From assembly GCA_000993685.1 (NCBI GenBank), contig LBWP01000012.1, positions 1 to 59,744 of the forward strand: a DNA stretch of 59,744 bases, in the 5' to 3' direction. The stretch's first letter is position 1. Each line of letters begins with the position of its first letter. Positions 38,743-48,166 of the stretch are shown here, one piece after another. Under the pieces are notes generated by a model. It saw only the letters and a list, made by a program, of their open reading frames with translations, was not told the DNA's origin and made no database searches. The stretch comes from Candidatus Woesebacteria bacterium GW2011_GWA1_39_21. GTDB lineage: Bacteria > Patescibacteriota > Microgenomatia > UBA8517. The position numbers and the translations under genes are program-made.

Positions 38743-38958
38743 GGCGTTTGCACTGGAGTCGCGATCCAGGAGCTCCCGGTCAAAATACCGGGCGGAGTGG
38801 CCGTAATATCACTAGAGCATGTCACAAGGAAACTGAGTGCTTGAAAAATAAGGGTTATTTATCATTTGTGAATTGTAAATAACTGAAAAAGGGTGGTACA
38901 GCCTTAGAAGGGCCCCTTTGAATACCAACCAAATTTGGCATTCGAAGGGGCTTTTTTA
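38743..38958 (+). ncRNA. T-box riboswitch (ultrashort Stem I, probable Arg CGC specifier) with terminator
   Basis: CTGGA-GTCGCGA-TCCAG stem I, GGAGC, stem II CCCGGT..ACCGGG, GCCGTAA stem IIA/B, antiterminator AAGGG-TGGTACA-GCC..CCCTT, terminator GCCCCTTTGAAT..ATTCGAAGGGGC-T6. Confidence 0.85.
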
Positions 38959-38968
38959 GTTGTTATAT

Positions 38969-40321
38969 ATGAAAAAACTTTGGCAAAAAAATGCAGTTAG
39001 ATTAAATCCGGTTATTGAAGTCTTTGAAACAAAGGGCGATCTTATTTTGGATCAAAAACTGGTCAAGTACGATGTCTGGGGTTCAGTTGCTCAGGCAAAG
39101 ATGCTTAATAAAATAGGTATTATCACACCGAATGAATTATCCAGTGTGATCGCCGGGCTTCAGGATATATTAAAGTTAAATGAGCAAAACAAATTTATTC
39201 TGGAGGCGGGAGATGAAGATGTTCATACCAAGATTGAAAATTACTTGACGGAGAAATGCGGTGAGGTTGGTAAAAAAATTCACACAGGGAGGTCCAGAAA
39301 TGACCAGGTCTTAACGGTAATAAGATTATTTAGTAAGGAGCAATTAATTCTTATCTGGCAGGAATTAATCACTCTTGAAAATAGTTTTTTGAAATTTGCA
39401 AAAAAATTTCAGTCTGTGGCGATGCCCGGATATACCCATCTACAAAAAGCCATGCCTTCGACAGTGGGTTTATGGGCTTTGGCTTTTTTAGAGTCTCTTT
39501 TAGATGACTCTAAATCTATTAGTCATGCATATGAGTTAAATAATCAATCTCCTTTGGGTTCTGCAGCCGGTTTCGGTGTGCCGCTGGGATTAGATAGAGC
39601 GTATTCTGCTAAACTCCTGGGTTTTGCCAAAGTCCAGATTAATCCTGTTTATTGTCAAAACAGCAGAGGTAAAATAGAGGCAGAAATTGTAGCTTCACTT
39701 ATTCAGATACTGGCCACAATTAATAAGTTTGCCTCCGATGTGTTATTGTTTACAACAGCAGAATTTAACTACTTTACAATTTCCGAATCTTTATGTTCGG
39801 GAAGCAGTATCATGCCGCAGAAGAAAAATGTTGATGTAGCGGAGCTGTTAAAAAGTAAAGTGCACCTTGTTTTGGGTTATTATATCCAGCTTATAAGCTT
39901 ATCGAATAATTTGTTTTCTGGTTATAACCGGGACCTGCAAGATAGTAAAAAACCATTAATGGAGAGTTTTGAGATAGTTCTGGATAGCCTAAAAGTCGCT
40001 GATATTCTGATTAATAATCTGACTCCGAATAAAGAGAAATTATTAAGTAGTCTGACGCCAGAGATATTTGCCACGCATAGAGCATTTGAGTTAGTTAAAA
40101 AAGACATACCATTTAGAGAGGCATATCAAATGGTAGGAAGTAGTAATCAGGATATTCGTATTAAAGACATCGATAAATTACTTAAGTTATCGACCCATAT
40201 TGGCGGGACAGGAAACTTAGGTTTGAAATTATTTGAAAAGGAAGTTGGTTTAAGCAAAGTGGGTTTTGCTGAAGAGGAAAATCATTTCTATTTGTCAATA
40301 AAAAAATTACTTGAGAATTGA
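38969..40321 (+). CDS. argH: Argininosuccinate lyase
   Basis: KLW, EDVH, HTGRSRNDQV, MPGYTHLQ.A, GSSIMPQKKN, GYNRDLQ. Confidence 0.95.
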   Translation: MKKLWQKNAVRLNPVIEVFETKGDLILDQKLVKYDVWGSVAQAKMLNKIGIITPNELSSVIAGLQDILKLNEQNKFILEAGDEDVHTKIENYLTEKCGEVGKKIHTGRSRNDQVLTVIRLFSKEQLILIWQELITLENSFLKFAKKFQSVAMPGYTHLQKAMPSTVGLWALAFLESLLDDSKSISHAYELNNQSPLGSAAGFGVPLGLDRAYSAKLLGFAKVQINPVYCQNSRGKIEAEIVASLIQILATINKFASDVLLFTTAEFNYFTISESLCSGSSIMPQKKNVDVAELLKSKVHLVLGYYIQLISLSNNLFSGYNRDLQDSKKPLMESFEIVLDSLKVADILINNLTPNKEKLLSSLTPEIFATHRAFELVKKDIPFREAYQMVGSSNQDIRIKDIDKLLKLSTHIGGTGNLGLKLFEKEVGLSKVGFAEEENHFYLSIKKLLEN

Positions 40322-40332
40322 GGTGGTATTAA

Positions 40333-41604
40333 ATGAATATTAAATCTGATTATATAAAAACTGCTTCTTACGAAGGTAAAGTGGGTAAGGTTAAGAAAGT
40401 TCTCTTGCTTTATTCCGGAGGGTTGGACACTTCGGTAATCTTGAAATGGATTCAGGACCATTATAAGGCGGAAGTCGTAACTTTAACAGCCGATTTGGGA
40501 CAACAACACGATGGCTTGGAAGCAATTAAAAACAAAGCTCTAAAGTTTGGAGCCGTGGATGCAATTGTAGCCGGTTTCAAAGATGAGTTTGCGGATGATT
40601 ACATAGCCACGGGTATCAAAGCCAATGCTGAATACCAAGGAGAATATCATCTTTCAACACCAATAGGCAGAGCAATACTGGCAAAAAAGGCTGTTGAGAT
40701 AGCTAAGAAAGTTGGTGCCGATGCAATTGCTCATGGATGTACGGGGAAAGGTAACGATCAAGTGAGGATTGAGGGTTATGCCCTGACTTTTAATCCAGAT
40801 ATAAAAGTAATCGCTCCGGTAAGAGAATGGGCAATGGATAGAAATGAAGAAATTAAATATGCCCAGGAGTATGGAATTCCAATTCCTGCTTCAGTGGAAT
40901 TTCCGTATAGTGATGATGACAATATGTGGGGTATTACCTGGGAAGGCGGAGAAATAACCGACCCGGGTCTGATAGCTCCGGAGGAAAAATTTTTAACCAC
41001 TTATACATTGCCTAAGGATGCGCCTGATAAACCGGAATTCGTAAAATTAGGATTTGAACAAGGCATACCAACCTCGCTTAATGGAGAGAAATTAAGTTTG
41101 GCTAATTTAATTATTAAATTGAACAAACTTGCCGGTTGTCATGGCGTAGGAACGGTTCAACTTTTGGAAGACAGACTAATCGGTCTGAAAAATAGAGGAG
41201 TATATGAACATCCGGCAGCCCATGTAATTATCGAAGCTCACAGAAATTTAGAGAAGTATGTTTCAACAAGAACCTTAAATGAGTTAAAGGAAATAATGGA
41301 TATTAAATGGGGTTATATGTGTTATGGAGGCTTATGGTATGACCCGGCCATGACAGCAATCAATGCTTTTAATGACAAGGTTAATGAAAAAGCAACAGGG
41401 GAAGTAACCATAAAACTATTTAAGGGTAATACCACAGTGGTGGCAGTCACATCCCCCTTTGCTTTGGACTATGTTTCCTTCAATAAAAATGAAGGTTATG
41501 ATCTGAATGTTAATATCAGCGCCGGGTTCATCGAAGTACACTCTTTACAAATGAAGCTTGCCAAACAGATCGAGCGAAAGATGAAATTAGGAAAACAATC
41601 GTAA
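40333..41604 (+). CDS. argG: Argininosuccinate synthase
   Basis: LYSGGLDTS, HGCTGKGNDQVR, YS.D.N.WG, K.RGVYE.P. Confidence 0.95.
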   Translation: MNIKSDYIKTASYEGKVGKVKKVLLLYSGGLDTSVILKWIQDHYKAEVVTLTADLGQQHDGLEAIKNKALKFGAVDAIVAGFKDEFADDYIATGIKANAEYQGEYHLSTPIGRAILAKKAVEIAKKVGADAIAHGCTGKGNDQVRIEGYALTFNPDIKVIAPVREWAMDRNEEIKYAQEYGIPIPASVEFPYSDDDNMWGITWEGGEITDPGLIAPEEKFLTTYTLPKDAPDKPEFVKLGFEQGIPTSLNGEKLSLANLIIKLNKLAGCHGVGTVQLLEDRLIGLKNRGVYEHPAAHVIIEAHRNLEKYVSTRTLNELKEIMDIKWGYMCYGGLWYDPAMTAINAFNDKVNEKATGEVTIKLFKGNTTVVAVTSPFALDYVSFNKNEGYDLNVNISAGFIEVHSLQMKLAKQIERKMKLGKQS

Positions 41605-41649
41605 AAACTCGATTTATCAAAGACAAAATAAAGATTATTTACGAATCGT

Positions 41650-41807
41650 TTGACAATCCTATAATATGCGAAGTAAAATACGGAATATGTTTGGGATATA
41701 CTCTTTCACCCTAAGGCTGACATTAACTCCTCGCAGGAGAGTATAGCTTTTAGTGAGAGGAAATTCTTATTCCTTATAATACCTCTCATAAAAGAGAGGT
41801 CTTTTTG
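41650..41807 (+). promoter_or_regulatory. Putative arginine leader-peptide attenuator
   Basis: TTGACA-18-TAAAAT; ORF 41687-41746 MFGIYSFTLRLTLTPRRRV*; TGAGAGG (41754-60) competes with terminator ACCTCTC-ATAAAA-GAGAGGT-CTTTTT. Confidence 0.7.
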
Positions 41808-41818
41808 TTATTAAAAAT

Positions 41819-41896
41819 ATGAGTATAGAAAAAATCGATTTGAAAGCTGGATTGTTATCTGATAGAACCGCTAAAGAATTCGGCACCAAGGTTTAA
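41819..41896 (+). pseudogene. 25-codon 5' stub of the attenuator-controlled gene
   Basis: MSIEKIDLKAGLLSDRTAKEFGTKV* immediately after the terminator, ending at the island edge. Confidence 0.45.
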
Positions 41897-41923
41897 TTAA
41901 ATTCCAACACCAAGTCAGAGGTT

Positions 41924-43473
41924 TTAAAATTCACTCTCTTTCGGACGATACTGAAGCGCTTCGGCAAGATGTGAAGTCAAAATATCTTTTTCACCGGCCA
42001 AATCTGCAATTGTTCTGGCAATTTTTATAACTTTAAAATAACTTCTGGCTGTTAAGTTCATTGCATTTGTTGCCGAGACCATCATTGTACGACAGCCAAC
42101 GGAGAGTTGACAGAATTCCTTAACGCTTTTGGTTGTCATTTCACTGTGATTCCTGCGCGCGCAGGCGAGTTTGTGTTTTTATATCGTCTAGTTTGAACAT
42201 CTCTCGCCTTCTGAACTCTTTTTTGGATTTCTTCGGACGATTCCCTTTTGTTGTTTCCCCTTCGATCATCATCTACCAGTTTTTGTGTTTCAACCGACGG
42301 AACATCAATGTGCATATCAATCCGATCCAGAATCGGACCCGACACTCTTTTTTGATACCTGGAAACCATTCCGGGAAGGCACTTGCACGGTTTTTTCGGG
42401 TCACCAAAATAACCGCACGGACAGGGATTGCTTGCGGCTACCAGTAAAAATTGTGCCGGATAAGTCACAGTACCTTTAGCTCTGGATATAGTTATCTTTG
42501 CATCTTCCATTGGCTGTCTTAATGCCTCCAAAACATGTCTGGGAAATTCGGGAAACTCGTCCAAAAACAAAACCCCTCGATGTGCCAGCGATACTTCACC
42601 TGGTGACGGATTGGTTCCCCCTCCAATAAGACCGATCCTGCTTGTTGTATGATGCGGACACCTAAATGGTCTTGATGTAATAATTGATTGACCAATCGGC
42701 AAATTTCCAGTAATCGAGTAGATTTTTGTTACTTCCAAAGCCTCGTCTTCAGTAAAGCGTGGAAGAATCCCTGGCAACGCTCTGGCAAGCATCGTTTTTC
42801 CGCTACCAGGTGAACCCTTCATAAAAATATTGTGTGACCCGGAAGCGGCGATTTCTATCGCCCTTTTTGCCGATTCCTGTCCGACAATTTCAGAAAAATC
42901 AAATTCTGCGTCGGCGGTTTTCAAAAGTGCCGATAGTCCAATTGGTTTAAGGCTTGGTACCTTAACAGTTCCTGCAGTAAACCTGACTAATTCTAAAAGA
43001 GATTCTATCGGGTAGACTTTAATTCCGCTTACAACTGCAGCCTCATTTTCATTAACTTTGGGAATAAAAACTGCGCGCATCCCTTTTTCTTTCGCCAAAT
43101 AAACCAGAGGTAAAATTCCGTTAGTATGGCGCAGAGTTCCATCCAAGGACATCTCACCAAAAAACAAAAGGCCGTCGACTTTGGGTGCAATTTGTCCGGA
43201 AGCGATTAAAATTCCCAATGCGATCGGCAGGTCGTACGAAGGACCGGCTTTGGGAAGATCGGCGGGGGCTAGATTTACAGTAATTCTCCTGACCGGAAAA
43301 TCAGCTCCGGAGTTTTTAATTGCCGAGCGAACTCTCTCTTTACTTTCCTCAACTGCTTTATCTGGAAGTCCGACAATCGTAAACGAAGGCAAACCTTCCT
43401 GGATGTCAACCTCAACGTCAATCAACGTAGCATTTAACCCAATCGTTGCCCCTGAAGTAATCTTTGCGAGCAT
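41924..43473 (-). pseudogene. comM: YifB/ComM Mg-chelatase-like AAA+ ATPase, split by a 14-bp insertion (ORFs 42136-43473 and 41924-42139)
   Basis: IVGLPD, NLAPADL.K.G..YDLPIA, GSPGSGKT, HRGVLFLDE, NPCPCG, LDRID; the C-terminal ARTIADL..EALQYR is in another frame. Confidence 0.85.
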
Positions 43474-43540
43474 TAGTTAAGTATATAGTAGAAGGAATTT
43501 CGTAAGTAAGACTCAAATTTTCCTATCACATGCTTTTGAC

Positions 43541-43576
43541 AAAAAATTAAGGGTCAGTCATCTTACCGACCCTTAA
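43541..43576 (-). terminator. Intrinsic terminator downstream of the Crp/Fnr gene
   Basis: TTAAGGGTC-N12-GACCCTTAA-TTTTTT on the minus strand. Confidence 0.6.
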
Positions 43577-43707
43577 TGGTATGTTGTTTTGCTTTTATGT
43601 CTTTTCATTTTTTCATATGTCCATATAACAAAAATTCACCTTTTTTCAGTAACCGCGGTTACAATTCTCAAAAAGTATTGGCGAAAAACACACAAAAAAA
43701 TTTAGTT

Positions 43708-44385
43708 TTAAAAATTGAAATCGAGATGGGATCCATCCTCAAAAGTTTTACAGATCTCGTTTAATTTTTTTTCGTTAAAAAGTTTGAAGTACTTACCTTT
43801 TTTCGCAATCAATTTATTATCTTCCAGTTCGTTTATACATAAGGTCGCCGTTTCGCGTGTGATCCCGCTCAAATCGGCAACGTCCTGATGCGTAAGTGGA
43901 AGATCAATATGAGTGTAATTTTTAACTTTTCTTCCGAAACGTAGCCCTAAAAGTAGCAACGAAGAAACAACTTTTTGCTCAGCCGATCCACGGATTAAAA
44001 ACTGACTTCGAACAACGTACCCCTCAAGACCAGTAGACATCCTTTTTAAGAAAAATGATTGTATTTCAGGATTTTTTTCAATAAAGTCTGCAACCTTATC
44101 TTTCGCCGCTTTTCGCAAGTCCATGGCCACAAACGCCTCAAATTCACTATTGTTTTCGCGATCCGAAAGGAAGGCGCTCAGTGGAAATATTGAATAAGGT
44201 TTTAGAAAGTTCACCGTAAACTCAATCCCATTGTCATCGATAAAGAACGACCTGACAACCCCCTTTTCAATAAAATATAGATTTTCATACGCATCGTAAG
44301 CATTAAGGACAATCTCCTTTTTAGAATACGATATTTTGGGAAACCGAGAAAAAAAATTAGCCAAATCTTTTTCTTCCTGCTTCAT
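43708..44385 (-). CDS. Crp/Fnr-family transcriptional regulator
   Basis: cNMP-like beta-barrel (LYFIEKG.V), HTH LTHQDVADLSGITRETAT. Start ATG 44385 or 44403. Confidence 0.9.
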   Translation of the reverse strand: MKQEEKDLANFFSRFPKISYSKKEIVLNAYDAYENLYFIEKGVVRSFFIDDNGIEFTVNFLKPYSIFPLSAFLSDRENNSEFEAFVAMDLRKAAKDKVADFIEKNPEIQSFFLKRMSTGLEGYVVRSQFLIRGSAEQKVVSSLLLLGLRFGRKVKNYTHIDLPLTHQDVADLSGITRETATLCINELEDNKLIAKKGKYFKLFNEKKLNEICKTFEDGSHLDFNF

Positions 44386-44421
44386 TTGATAATATGATAA
44401 CATTAAATAATATCGATAAAT

Positions 44422-44592
44422 ATGGCAGACGTCATGAATAATTACAAATTGAACCGTTTTTTGCGAAAATACGCCCCGCATATTATCGCGGCTGTCGTTC
44501 TTCTGCTTATTTCTTTTTACGACAAATTCCTTGCAGGAATACTTCTTATTGTCTACATTGCCATAACTGTAATTTTTACGCTAAATTGGTAA
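44422..44592 (+). CDS. 56-aa 2-TM small protein, absent from the ORF track
   Basis: MADVMNNYKLNRFLRKYAPHIIAAVVLLLISFYDKFLAGILLIVYIAITVIFTLNW*. Confidence 0.5.
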   Translation: MADVMNNYKLNRFLRKYAPHIIAAVVLLLISFYDKFLAGILLIVYIAITVIFTLNW

Positions 44593-44731
44593 ATTTAAGC
44601 TGAAAAATTAGATAGTAAAAATTTGCAAGGCACCCCAAAAATAATTTACCCTCCAACATGAAGCGAAAAACAGCAGTTACGTACCTGTTACGCTTTGTAG
44701 CGTTTTATCTGATTTAATTATGAGAAGCTTT

Positions 44732-44833
44732 TTAAACAACGAAACTGACAATTCCAATTAAGACAACAAAAAACGCAGTAAAAGAAAAAAACATCACCAG
44801 ATAAAAAGCTTCTTCACCTCCAATACTATGCAT
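44732..44833 (-). CDS. 33-aa single-TM small protein, absent from the ORF track
   Basis: MHSIGGEEAFYLVMFFSFTAFFVVLIGIVSFVV*. Confidence 0.4.
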   Translation of the reverse strand: MHSIGGEEAFYLVMFFSFTAFFVVLIGIVSFVV

Positions 44834-44925
44834 AAAACGTAAAGGGCAGGAAGTAAAAAAGGGAAAACCAATTCATGTGAGGAATTGTAGTTTATATTAC
44901 AGATTTATCTTCCGCAAGTGGGAAA

Positions 44926-45543
44926 ATGAGTAACGTTATGTACAAATTACCCAATTTGGAATATACCTACGACGCGCTCGAACCTTATATTGATAAGGAA
45001 ACGATGGTGATTCATCATGACAAACATCATCAAGGCTACCTTAATAATTTAAACGACATTTTGAAGGAAAACCCTAAATTGCAAACAGTTGATCCCGAAA
45101 ACATATTTTCAAATCTTTCCAAAGTCCCGGAAGATGTCAAACAAAAGTTTATCAATAACGCTGGAGGGTTTGTAAACCACAATCTTTTTTGGAAAACATT
45201 TTCCCCCAAAACAACTACGCCCGACGGAAGTTTTAAAAACCTTATTGATGCAACATTTGGGGCGATTGACAACCTCAAACAAAAAATCTCTGATGCTGCG
45301 CTTTCACAGTTCGGAAGTGGCTGGGGTTGGCTTGTTGTTGACTCGGGAAAATTGGAGGTTATAAAAACGGCGAATCAGGACTCGCCACTTCTGCAAAATA
45401 AAACGCCGCTTTTCGGAATCGACGTTTGGGAACATGCATATTATCTGAAATACCAAAACCGCAGAGCTGATTATATTTCCGCAATTTGGAATGTTGTAAA
45501 TTGGGAGTATCTTTCCTCATTATTTGAAAAAAGTGTAAAATAA
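44926..45543 (+). CDS. sodA: Fe/Mn superoxide dismutase (Mn-type signature)
   Basis: HHDKHH, NNAGG.VNH, FGSGWGWL, NQD, DVWEHAYYLKYQN. Confidence 0.95.
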   Translation: MSNVMYKLPNLEYTYDALEPYIDKETMVIHHDKHHQGYLNNLNDILKENPKLQTVDPENIFSNLSKVPEDVKQKFINNAGGFVNHNLFWKTFSPKTTTPDGSFKNLIDATFGAIDNLKQKISDAALSQFGSGWGWLVVDSGKLEVIKTANQDSPLLQNKTPLFGIDVWEHAYYLKYQNRRADYISAIWNVVNWEYLSSLFEKSVK

Positions 45544-45574
45544 AGCACCTGCCTTTCGATACTTCGTAAGTACT

Positions 45575-46411
45575 ATGAGCAGAGAAAATGATCGTAGAAA
45601 ATTTCTAACTTGGGCAACTTTCGGTGTTGGTGGATTTGCGCTTGCAGCTTGCACAAAAAATCCTCAACAAATTGAGGAGGGTGTCACCAAAACATTACAG
45701 TGGCTTGAAAAAACTGCGGAAGCTCTCGAAAAAGATAAACAACTTCTACAAGCTTCACAAACCTCCCAAGCAAGACCGACACAAAAACCATCACCCTTAT
45801 CCCCAACAGCAGGAATTCGCACCGCAAGTCAAACTGCTTCTCCAATACCAAAAAACACCGGTATCAACCCTGTTACAAAAGAAACTTTAACTCCAACAGC
45901 CAATCTTGATCAGAATATTCTGTCTGAAATTCGTGCAGCAAGAGGTGGCGAAGCACTGAGTTTGGAGCAACCTTTGATATCCTGGGTCATCAAAATACCA
46001 AGACCATTTACCTCAGATGCAGTTTATGCTGTAATCGCGGTAAACCAGAATGGGGAGCAAAAAGGCGCAGCCGTTATCGATAATTTTGACTGCGGTTTGG
46101 AAAAACTTCAAGACACCGGAAAACTTGGCGAACCGTTCGGTTCCAACAAATCTCCAGCGATCAGCGGGCTTTGGAAACCCGACATTCGTTTCAATAACAT
46201 TAAAGGAGAAATGTTTGTCGAGGCGTCCATCGGCGTCCCTGCGGTTGTTACAGGAACTTCCTATCAATTTTCAGAAAAAGAACAAGCACTTAACTGTCCC
46301 AAAAAATCAGTATTTTCAAACCCCGGCAGCGTACCAGAAAAACTTGGCCAACAAACAGGAAAGCTTATACGCAACTTGGTTAACGGTTTTGAATCGGGTT
46401 ACTTCCATTAA
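45575..46411 (+). CDS. Putative lipoprotein with twin-arginine-like signal
   Basis: DRRKFL, hydrophobic core, LAAC lipobox, PT-rich linker. Confidence 0.6.
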   Translation: MSRENDRRKFLTWATFGVGGFALAACTKNPQQIEEGVTKTLQWLEKTAEALEKDKQLLQASQTSQARPTQKPSPLSPTAGIRTASQTASPIPKNTGINPVTKETLTPTANLDQNILSEIRAARGGEALSLEQPLISWVIKIPRPFTSDAVYAVIAVNQNGEQKGAAVIDNFDCGLEKLQDTGKLGEPFGSNKSPAISGLWKPDIRFNNIKGEMFVEASIGVPAVVTGTSYQFSEKEQALNCPKKSVFSNPGSVPEKLGQQTGKLIRNLVNGFESGYFH

Positions 46412-46422
46412 CTTTCTAAGTT

Positions 46423-48078
46423 TCAGTTCGGGATTTCAATTACCTCATCCCTTTTTTCTTTAACGAAAACGTTCCATTCTTCAAAAATCCTGATCACGTT
46501 TTTAAGTGGCGCTTCGAACAAAAAATCCATAATCAAAATAAAAAAATTAAATCTCTGAAGACCTTGTGACAAAAGTGACCCGACGTTGATAAAAGGCATC
46601 GTAATCAAAGAAAATAAATGCGAAAGTAAACCTTCCCTTTCACCGGCAACATTTAACTCCGTTGCTGTATAGCGAACCCTGTAAGCAAACAACAAAACCA
46701 AAGAGGAAAAGAAAAAAAATATCGTCGCGCTTAAAACGTTAAATCCAAGCTGCACAAGAACAAGTCCGATACTCGAAAAGATCAAAAAGAAGATAAAAAT
46801 ATAAAATGCCAAAAATACACGAGACAAGATGTACCCCACCTTCTGCCTTTCAAGGGAGAAGCTTATCTTTTCAACATCGTCGTCTTTGTAAACAAAACTT
46901 TTTACAACTTGGGTAATTCTCTTTGTGTTTTCCTCACCGGGTTTTTTAATTGTCGTACCAATGATAAACATCAACAGTGGCGAAAAGACCAGGTTGATTG
47001 TTAACGTCAGGTAGTTTAGCTCTTTGTTGACAAAAACTTCGTATGGAATTTCGATAACCAACGCAAGAAGTGCCTTGGTAAGAAAAATATAGATTATACT
47101 GCGGATAACGCCACGTCTGATTCTTGACCCGATTTTCGAATAACGCGCTTGGCAAATTTTTTGCAGCGCGTTTTCAAGTTTCTCCGGATCGGAAACAATT
47201 CGTTTGGCTTTCTTGTAATCTTTATCAATCAATTCCTTTAATACCAAAAAAGCCGGCAACTGGCGTTGCACAAAACGAAACATTCTTGGTTGATATGAAG
47301 AATTCAACTGACTTTCAATTTTGTCCCTAATTTCAAACAACCGCTCGTTTAAACTATCGACTTTGTCCGACTTCAGACCTTCCCAAGCCGGAAGGTAGGC
47401 ATTTAGCAATCTAAAACGAATCCACGCTTTATCCGATTTGTTCAAACTCCGATGAATGGCAATAAACATCTGAGTATCCCTGTCCTTTGCAGAAAGGTTG
47501 TGACCTTCCCAAATAAATCTATTTCTAAACCAGGAAAATACTTCAAAATTCAAGCTTTCCTTAATGTAGATTCCTGGGTCAATAATCTCTTCTATTTCGC
47601 TCGACAATACTCCTAAAAACCAGTTTGAGTTTTCCTCGAAAGCCTTTCCGTCAAATTTTGAGTCAACAAACGCAAACAGGCGCAGGTATTTCTCGATCAC
47701 AAGGTGTATTTCACTAATTTTGCTTTTCGGTATCGAAGCATTATTGAGATACCTCGCCCAAATAAGTTCTTTAAGAAGATTTTCCGACAGCTTTTGGACG
47801 TCACCAGTTTTTTTCTCCCATATTTGTCTCTTTAAGATCCGTTCAATTGCGTTTCTCCGCAACAGGTGGTCACCCTTGTAGTCAAGCGTGTTCCGAATTC
47901 TTTCGTACAAAAAGGCGATCGACCCCAAAATTTGACTTACCTTAAAATTCGATTCTATCAACTCCTTTCTTTTTAATTTATCAACGCTTTCATAGGCTGA
48001 AAGAAGCCGGATAACTTCACCGCTTAACAACATCGAATCAACCACTGTAACCGAATCCTTCTGAATAGGCTCCTTCAT
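46423..48078 (-). CDS. Hypothetical protein with large soluble N-domain and C-terminal TMs
   Basis: 551-aa ORF; YERIRN..DY...HLLRRNAIERIL; four to five TM helices. Confidence 0.7.
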   Translation of the reverse strand: MKEPIQKDSVTVVDSMLLSGEVIRLLSAYESVDKLKRKELIESNFKVSQILGSIAFLYERIRNTLDYKGDHLLRRNAIERILKRQIWEKKTGDVQKLSENLLKELIWARYLNNASIPKSKISEIHLVIEKYLRLFAFVDSKFDGKAFEENSNWFLGVLSSEIEEIIDPGIYIKESLNFEVFSWFRNRFIWEGHNLSAKDRDTQMFIAIHRSLNKSDKAWIRFRLLNAYLPAWEGLKSDKVDSLNERLFEIRDKIESQLNSSYQPRMFRFVQRQLPAFLVLKELIDKDYKKAKRIVSDPEKLENALQKICQARYSKIGSRIRRGVIRSIIYIFLTKALLALVIEIPYEVFVNKELNYLTLTINLVFSPLLMFIIGTTIKKPGEENTKRITQVVKSFVYKDDDVEKISFSLERQKVGYILSRVFLAFYIFIFFLIFSSIGLVLVQLGFNVLSATIFFFFSSLVLLFAYRVRYTATELNVAGEREGLLSHLFSLITMPFINVGSLLSQGLQRFNFFILIMDFLFEAPLKNVIRIFEEWNVFVKEKRDEVIEIPN

Positions 48079-48166
48079 GCCGATATTATACTACCAGTAT
48101 CGTAAATAAACTTACAGCTTAATCGATCTTGTTTATCAAAACGCTTTATAATGATAAATTTATAGT

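Noticed and set aside
38613-38825. 70-aa minus-strand ORF
   Set aside because: It overlaps the T-box, its promoter and the att-like repeat on the opposite strand.
43573-43608. Tiny ORF MKRHKSKTTYH* before a terminator upstream of comM
   Set aside because: There is no antiterminator and comM has its own -10 box; the hairpin is more simply the terminator of the Crp/Fnr gene.
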